Below, one piece after another: positions 58,215 through 64,000 of a stretch of 64,000 nt of DNA. Under the pieces are notes generated by a model, which saw only the letters and a list, made by a program, of their open reading frames with translations, was not told the origin of the DNA and did not search any database. Both the position numbers and the translations under genes were made by a program. Where the stretch lies: positions 12,169 through 76,168 of the forward strand of contig JAZQAZ010000019.1 of NCBI GenBank assembly GCA_045545475.1. The letters are read 5' to 3'. Origin of the DNA: Clostridia bacterium. GTDB lineage: Bacteria > Bacillota > Clostridia > CAKSNL01 > HGM11501. How positions within the stretch are numbered: position 1 is the stretch's first letter; every line of letters starts with the position of its first letter.

Positions 58215-59417
58215 TTGGAATTCTTTACAACATTAGGTACCGGCATAGTGGATTTTGTCAAGGAAACAGGCGTATCCATTTTGTTCGGTCAGGACGGAAA
58301 CCCCTTAAATCTTGTGATGATAGCAATTGCCTGTGTGCTTTTCTATCTTGCAATAGTAAAAGGGTTTGAACCGTTACTTCTTTTACCTATAGCTTTCGGT
58401 ATGCTTCTTACAAACCTTCCTGCGGCAGAAACATCAAGAATTTTCCACGCAGAATGGTTCGTTCAGAAAGATATCGATTTTGGTCAGGTTCTGCATGACG
58501 GCGGACTTTTAGACCTATTGTATCTCGGAGTTAAGCTTGGTATTTATCCTCCGCTTATCTTCCTCGGAATCGGTGCAATGACAGACTTTGGTCCGTTGAT
58601 TGCAAACCCCAAGAGCATTTTGCTCGGTGCTGCAGCACAGCTTGGAGTTTTCATTACCTTCTTCGGTGCAAATCTTATGGGATTCACACTTAAAGAAGCA
58701 AGTGCGATAGGTATCATCGGCGGTGCTGACGGTCCTACTGCAATTTATGTTACAAAAACCCTTGCTCCGGATCTTCTTCCGGCTATAGCAATTGCGGCAT
58801 ATTCCTATATGGCATTAATCCCTCTTATTCAGCCTCCGATTATGAAGCTTCTTACAACAAAGAAGGAGAGAGGCGTTGTAATGGAACAGCTTCGTACTGT
58901 TTCTAAAAAGGAAAAGATTATATTTCCCGTAATCGTTACAATCGTTGTAGGTCTTATAGTTCCTGATGCTGTACCGCTTGTTGGTATGCTTATGCTCGGT
59001 AACCTCATAAAGGAATCCGGCGTAGCAGACAGACTTTCAAAGACAGCACAGAACGAGCTTATGAACATAGTAACAATTTTCCTCGGCGTAACTGTTGGTG
59101 CAACTGCAACTGCAGAAAACTTCCTTTCGCCTAGAACACTCGGAATAATTGCACTCGGACTGGTGGCGTTTGCAATCAGCACAGCAGGCGGTCTGTTATT
59201 CGGTAAGATTATGTATAAGATGACAGGCGGAAAGGTTAACCCCTTAATAGGTTCTGCGGGCGTATCTGCTGTTCCTATGGCTGCAAGAATGAGTCAGAAG
59301 GTTGGACAGGAAGAAAATCCTTCAAACTTCCTTCTTATGCATGCAATGGGTCCCAATGTTGCAGGTGTAATCGGTTCTGCCGTTGCGGCAGGCGTATTCC
59401 TTGCTCTTTACGCGTAA
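58215..59417 (+). CDS. oadB: Na+-translocating decarboxylase beta subunit
   Basis: [50 protein letters not shown]. Confidence 0.93.
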   Translation: MEFFTTLGTGIVDFVKETGVSILFGQDGNPLNLVMIAIACVLFYLAIVKGFEPLLLLPIAFGMLLTNLPAAETSRIFHAEWFVQKDIDFGQVLHDGGLLDLLYLGVKLGIYPPLIFLGIGAMTDFGPLIANPKSILLGAAAQLGVFITFFGANLMGFTLKEASAIGIIGGADGPTAIYVTKTLAPDLLPAIAIAAYSYMALIPLIQPPIMKLLTTKKERGVVMEQLRTVSKKEKIIFPVIVTIVVGLIVPDAVPLVGMLMLGNLIKESGVADRLSKTAQNELMNIVTIFLGVTVGATATAENFLSPRTLGIIALGLVAFAISTAGGLLFGKIMYKMTGGKVNPLIGSAGVSAVPMAARMSQKVGQEENPSNFLLMHAMGPNVAGVIGSAVAAGVFLALYA

Positions 59418-59444
59418 ATTTTATTAGATTGGAGATTATTAAAC

Positions 59445-60839
59445 ATGGGTGTTAAAATAACAGAAACCATTCTTCGTGACGCGCATCAGTCTTTAATTGC
59501 CACAAGAATGACAACAGAAGAAATGCTTCCCGCCCTTGAAATGCTCGATAAAGTCGGCTATCACGCCCTTGAAGCGTGGGGTGGAGCAACATTTGATTCC
59601 TGCTTAAGATTCCTTAACGAAGATCCCTGGGAAAGACTCAGAAAGATTCGTGATAAGGTTAAAAACACAAAGCTCCAGATGCTTTTCAGAGGTCAGAATA
59701 TCTTAGGATATAAGCATTACGGAGACGATGTTGTTGAATATTTCGTACAGAAATCCATCGCAAACGGTATTGATATCATAAGAATATTCGACGCTCTTAA
59801 CGATACAAGAAACTTAAGAACTGCAATTGAGGCCACAAAGAAGGAAAAGGGTCACGTTCAGGCTGCACTTTCCTATACAATAGGCGGCCCCCACACTCAC
59901 GACAGCTTCGTTACTCTTGCAAAAGAGCTTGAAGAAATGGGTGCGGACAGTATCTGTATCAAGGATATGGCAGGCTTACTTCTTCCTTACAAGGCTGAAG
60001 AACTTGTTAAAGCGTTAAAGCAGAGCGTAAAGATTCCGATTGAGCTTCATACTCACTATACAAGTGGTGTTGCTTCCATGACTTACTTGAAGGCAATCGA
60101 AGCGGGCTGTGACATAGTTGACACAACTCTTTCGCCTCTTGCACTCGGTACTTCACAGCCTCCCACAGAGCCTTTAATTGAGACTCTTGCGGGAAGCAAG
60201 TACGATACAGGCTTAAAGCTTGACGCTCTTACAGAGGCTTCTGAATACTTCAAGGGCTTAAGAGAAAAATATCTTGCAGAAGGTCTCTTAAATCCGAAGC
60301 TTTTGTCAGTTGACGTAAACACACTTTTATATCAGGTTCCCGGTGGTATGCTTTCAAACCTTGTTTCTCAGCTTAAGCAGCAGGGCAAGGAGGACAAGCT
60401 GGACGAAGTTCTTAAGGAAGTTCCCAAGGTTCGTGAAGATTTAGGTTATCCTCCTCTTGTTACCCCCACAAGCCAGATTGTAGGTACACAGGCCGTTCTT
60501 AACGTAATCTGCGGTGAAAGATATAAGATGATTTCTAACGAAACAAAGGGTATCGTTCGCGGCGAATACGGTAAGACTCCCGTTCCGATTTCCGATGAAA
60601 TCAGAAAGAAGATTATTGGAGATGAAAAGCCCATTACCTGCAGACCTGCAGATAAGATTCCTGCGGAGCTTGATAAGTACAGAGATGAAATGAAAGAATA
60701 TATGGAGCAAGAAGAGGACGTTCTTTCCTATGCTCTCTTCGGTCAGGTTGCTGTTAAGTACTTCCAGGCAAGACAGGCTCAGAAATATAAGGTTGATGCA
60801 AGCCTTGCAGATGCCGAGAACAAGACTTATCCCGTATAA
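59445..60839 (+). CDS. oadA: Oxaloacetate decarboxylase alpha / pyruvate carboxyltransferase subunit (no fused biotin domain)
   Basis: LRDAHQSLIATRM, WGGATFD, IKDMAG, HTH, QVPGGM.SN, PPLVTPTSQIVG. Confidence 0.9.
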   Translation: MGVKITETILRDAHQSLIATRMTTEEMLPALEMLDKVGYHALEAWGGATFDSCLRFLNEDPWERLRKIRDKVKNTKLQMLFRGQNILGYKHYGDDVVEYFVQKSIANGIDIIRIFDALNDTRNLRTAIEATKKEKGHVQAALSYTIGGPHTHDSFVTLAKELEEMGADSICIKDMAGLLLPYKAEELVKALKQSVKIPIELHTHYTSGVASMTYLKAIEAGCDIVDTTLSPLALGTSQPPTEPLIETLAGSKYDTGLKLDALTEASEYFKGLREKYLAEGLLNPKLLSVDVNTLLYQVPGGMLSNLVSQLKQQGKEDKLDEVLKEVPKVREDLGYPPLVTPTSQIVGTQAVLNVICGERYKMISNETKGIVRGEYGKTPVPISDEIRKKIIGDEKPITCRPADKIPAELDKYRDEMKEYMEQEEDVLSYALFGQVAVKYFQARQAQKYKVDASLADAENKTYPV

Positions 60840-60842
60840 GCT

Positions 60843-61688
60843 ATGTATGATTTGACTTCGCCGTCAGTTATACGGCATTTATGCGATGAGTTCGGATTCT
60901 CTTTCAAAAAAGGCTTCGGACAGAATTTTTTAACCGATGCAGACGTGCTTTTATCCATTGCCGAAGCGGCAGGGAGTGAGGGTGTTTTAGAAATCGGTCC
61001 GGGCTTCGGAACATTAACGGCAGTTTTAGGTAACCGTGCAAAAAAGGTGGTTTCCATTGAAATTGACCGCACCTTGGAGCAGGTTTTAAAAACAACACTG
61101 GCAGGATTTGACAATATCAAAATCCATTTTGCCGACGTTATGAAAACCGATCTTAAGAAGCTTATAAATGAGGAATTTCCCGGTATGAGCTTAAGTGTTG
61201 CGGCAAACCTGCCTTACTATGTGACAAGCCCCATACTTATGAAGCTTCTGGAAGAAAAGCTGCCCTTTGAAAACATTGTTGTTATGGTTCAGAAAGAGGT
61301 TGCGGAAAGAATAGTTGCAAAGCCCGGCACCAAGGACTATGGTGCATTAACGCTTGCCGTATCTTATTATGCCGATGCTGAAATTATTACAACCGTTCCT
61401 GCCGAAAGCTTTGTTCCTGCCCCAAAGGTTGACTCTGCGGTAGTATCTATGAAGCTCTTAAAAGAGCCTCCCATTGATGCTCCCGAAAAGGATTATTTCC
61501 GTCTTGTCAAAGCGTCCTTTGCTCAGAGAAGGAAGACGATGCTTAATGCTCTTTCAAATGCCGGTTTTTACGGAAGTAAAGACGATATAAAGGCTGTTCT
61601 GGAAAGCCTTGGATATGACTCAAACTTAAGAGGAGAAACCCTTTCAATGAAAGAATTCTCCGAAATAGCAAAACGATTTGCAAAATAA
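60843..61688 (+). CDS. rsmA: 16S rRNA m6,2A dimethyltransferase
   Basis: KKGFGQNFL, LEIGPG.G.LT, ANLPYY, MVQKEVAERI, P.PKVDS, F.QRRKT. Confidence 0.96.
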   Translation: MYDLTSPSVIRHLCDEFGFSFKKGFGQNFLTDADVLLSIAEAAGSEGVLEIGPGFGTLTAVLGNRAKKVVSIEIDRTLEQVLKTTLAGFDNIKIHFADVMKTDLKKLINEEFPGMSLSVAANLPYYVTSPILMKLLEEKLPFENIVVMVQKEVAERIVAKPGTKDYGALTLAVSYYADAEIITTVPAESFVPAPKVDSAVVSMKLLKEPPIDAPEKDYFRLVKASFAQRRKTMLNALSNAGFYGSKDDIKAVLESLGYDSNLRGETLSMKEFSEIAKRFAK

Positions 61689-61771
61689 CAAAAAGTGTCA
61701 GGTGAGATAGACTCTTGCCTGACACTTTTTGTTATGCGAAACTTGACATGAAAAACACTATATGATAAAAT
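61688..61771 (+). terminator. Terminator followed by sigma-A promoter
   Basis: ACAAAAAGTGTCAGG..CCTGACACTTTTTGT, then TTGACA-17-TAAAAT. Confidence 0.7.
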
Positions 61772-61832
61772 TTTAATACAGAGGGGATAATTAAACATCA
61801 AGAAAAATTGCAGAAAACAAGGAGGAAAGCTA

Positions 61833-62357
61833 ATGGAATTTAACTTCGAAACTACATACAATCAGAAAGCGTTAACTGCAATGGCAAAAGGAGTAGGAAA
61901 AACGGCTCGTAGAAAGAGGAGTAAAAGAAGTCATATCCTGGGTTGGATAGTAATTGCGTTAGCACTTCTTTTAACACTTGCTGATATTAAAGACGGTATT
62001 GAATTTACTGCTAACAGAATTATTACTTTGGTTGCAGCACTTGTTATTTTTATTGTGCTTATATTTGAGGATAAGATTAACGGATATGTTGCAAGGAAGC
62101 GTATGCTCCCCGGAACAGAAAAAGCAAAAGCGACATTCACCGAAGAAGGCTTCCGCTCTGAAACAGAAGTCGGTAAAACCGAGTGGAATTATGACAGAAT
62201 ATTGATGCTTGCCGAAACAAAAGACTATTTTATATTTGTGTTCAGCGAAAGTCATGCACAAGTGTATGACAAAAACAATCTTTTGGGCGGAACGGCTGAT
62301 GAGTTCAGACAGTTCATCTCTGAAAGAACCGGAAAGACAATGACGACCATTAAATAA
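61833..62357 (+). CDS. YcxB-family membrane protein
   Basis: Two transmembrane helices, then F.EEG..W..I..LAETKDYFIF. Confidence 0.75.
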   Translation: MEFNFETTYNQKALTAMAKGVGKTARRKRSKRSHILGWIVIALALLLTLADIKDGIEFTANRIITLVAALVIFIVLIFEDKINGYVARKRMLPGTEKAKATFTEEGFRSETEVGKTEWNYDRILMLAETKDYFIFVFSESHAQVYDKNNLLGGTADEFRQFISERTGKTMTTIK

Positions 62358-62368
62358 GGAGGTTGTTT

Positions 62369-62884
62369 ATGAAAAAAGCGATTATAGTTTTTGCGATTCT
62401 TCTTGTGTTTATAATCTGTATCGGCGGAATTCGGTATTACAGCAGACCTGACGGCTCAACACTTGAAAGCAGGGAGGAAATATGTGCAGAGTTCCCAAGA
62501 GGTAAGGATTGGAAAATAGCCATTGAACAAGAACTGAATAATTATATCATAAGCGGTATTTATTCCAGTAATGAAATGAGCGGTATAGCGGTTTTCAAGC
62601 CTTATGGCAACGGCAAATATAAGCTCCATTCGAGAGAATGGCGTGACAATGACAGAATTATCATAACCGGAATTACCATTGACAATCAGTGGTACGATGT
62701 AATTTGGTTTAACGGAGCCAAAACCGACTATGCAGAGATAACATATACCCTTGACGGTATTAAGCAAGAACCGATTATACATAATTCAAAAAGTATGGAG
62801 ATATTCATCCATCCGGCTCCGACTAACAATGAATATGGAATAGAAGTGGTTTATTATGATAGCGAAGGAAATAAGTATGAGTGA
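62369..62884 (+). CDS. Hypothetical membrane-anchored protein
   Basis: RBS AAGGAGG, N-terminal hydrophobic helix. Confidence 0.7.
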   Translation: MKKAIIVFAILLVFIICIGGIRYYSRPDGSTLESREEICAEFPRGKDWKIAIEQELNNYIISGIYSSNEMSGIAVFKPYGNGKYKLHSREWRDNDRIIITGITIDNQWYDVIWFNGAKTDYAEITYTLDGIKQEPIIHNSKSMEIFIHPAPTNNEYGIEVVYYDSEGNKYE

Positions 62885-62893
62885 GGTGTTACT

Positions 62894-63217
62894 ATGGCGA
62901 AGTTAGAAAAAACAATTAACGGAAATTTCGATGAAATATTATATAAAATTGAAGACGGCATCATAAACGGAAGCGTTTCCGCAAGCCTTGAAGAAAGCAG
63001 TGACTTTCGTATCGGTGATACCCGTTGCAGTGTCAGAGTTTTTGAAAGATACAGTTATATGGGCGGAAACCGGGTAAGCCTCAGCGTGACTTTATTTGGC
63101 AACGGAGACACAATTCAACTGTCAGCAATTACGTCCGGCGGAAGTCAAGCTATGTTTTTCAAAATAAATACTTTTGGCGAAGAAGCATTTTTAGATAAGC
63201 TCCGTGAGATTCTGTAA
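62894..63217 (+). CDS. Conserved hypothetical protein (DUF6054-like)
   Basis: VFERYSY.GGNRVSLSVTL..AITSGGSQA..KINTFGEEAF. Confidence 0.7.
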   Translation: MAKLEKTINGNFDEILYKIEDGIINGSVSASLEESSDFRIGDTRCSVRVFERYSYMGGNRVSLSVTLFGNGDTIQLSAITSGGSQAMFFKINTFGEEAFLDKLREIL

Positions 63218-63231
63218 GTGAGGTGGTTTAA

Positions 63232-63780
63232 GTGAAAAAATCACATAAGATTATTATTTCAATTCTTATATCTCTGTTGGTTATCATTATAATTCTTGCT
63301 GCTTTGGGAATAGGTACATTCTTCTCTTTGAAGAATAATGATAACAAACCATTATTTGATATTTCTGAAATGATTGGTATAGAGATTTTAGATGAAGATA
63401 TGAATATGATAAATCATATTGAAACACACGGCGGTTTTCACGGTGATGGAACAACATTCTATTCAATGGAAATAAAAAATAGCGATACTATCGAAGAAAT
63501 TAAATCAGAATGGAAAGAATTGCCTTTGACAGAAAATCTGACCGCACTTGTATATGGACTCGAAGATGAAACATCTTCTATCGGCCCATATATTTCCGAA
63601 GATGGCGAAGTTCTATTCCCAAAAGTTGAAAATGGCTATTACTATTTCTACGATAGACATAGTGAAAGCAAAGACCATTTTGATGATACAAACGTTCTTG
63701 CTCGACCTTCTTTTAATTTTGTTATAGCTATTTTTGATACAGACACTAACAGATTGTATTACAGTAAATTTGATACATAA
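63232..63780 (+). CDS. Hypothetical membrane-anchored protein
   Basis: N-terminal transmembrane helix, THGGFHGDG motif, C-terminal LYY.KFDT. Confidence 0.7.
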   Translation: MKKSHKIIISILISLLVIIIILAALGIGTFFSLKNNDNKPLFDISEMIGIEILDEDMNMINHIETHGGFHGDGTTFYSMEIKNSDTIEEIKSEWKELPLTENLTALVYGLEDETSSIGPYISEDGEVLFPKVENGYYYFYDRHSESKDHFDDTNVLARPSFNFVIAIFDTDTNRLYYSKFDT

Positions 63781-63792
63781 GGAGCTGATGTT

Positions 63793-64000
63793 ATGAAAAG
63801 GATTGCAACTTGGTTAGCAGTAATATCCATTATCATATTTGTAATTGCTTGGGCCATCATCGGCTTGAAAATACTTGATAACAACTATGATTTTATTACG
63901 GAAGCATATATAGGATATGGTTCATTTGCGGTCTTTTTCACATCGCTTATCTGTTTGAAAATTTCAAATCGCTGCCCGCATTGTGGAAGGATAAAAACTT
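63793..64000 (+). CDS. Hypothetical small membrane protein, truncated by the window end
   Basis: RBS AAGGAG, ATG 63793, two hydrophobic helices then CPHCG; frame open to the window edge. Confidence 0.6.
   Translation, partial: MKRIATWLAVISIIIFVIAWAIIGLKILDNNYDFITEAYIGYGSFAVFFTSLICLKISNRCPHCGRIKT

Overview
AT-rich, gene-dense chromosome segment from a spore-forming Clostridia-class Firmicute; almost all genes are on the + strand. The left ~38 kb is a glycan-foraging region dominated by four copies of the same two-gene cassette (A1-B1, A2-B2, A3-B3, A4-B4). Gene A encodes a secreted protein with a CBM6-like module, a GH99-like barrel, a CBM9/DOMON-like domain and a copper-amine-oxidase-N 'stalk'. 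Gene B encodes a secreted, apparently non-catalytic protein with several F5/8C (CBM32-like) modules and a stalk. Between the cassettes lie an AraC regulator, GH20, GH43, GH2, an unassigned GH-like protein, a FliB-like gene, a type I restriction-modification operon and two tandem metallophosphoesterases. The middle holds nifJ, a degenerate REP-like repeat patch, an SLH/LRR surface protein, galT and a PHP phosphatase. At about 49,410 a well-conserved 3' two-thirds of the forespore sigma factor sigG begins abruptly at a TCATT-CC-AATGA palindrome, and its 5' part is not in the window. It is followed by lysA, scpAB, ytfI/ytfJ, dacB, rluB, a biotin-dependent Na+-decarboxylase cluster, rsmA and small hypothetical genes. 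I saw no rRNA, tRNA, CRISPR array, integrase or transposase. All family calls come from reading motifs by eye, not from database searches.
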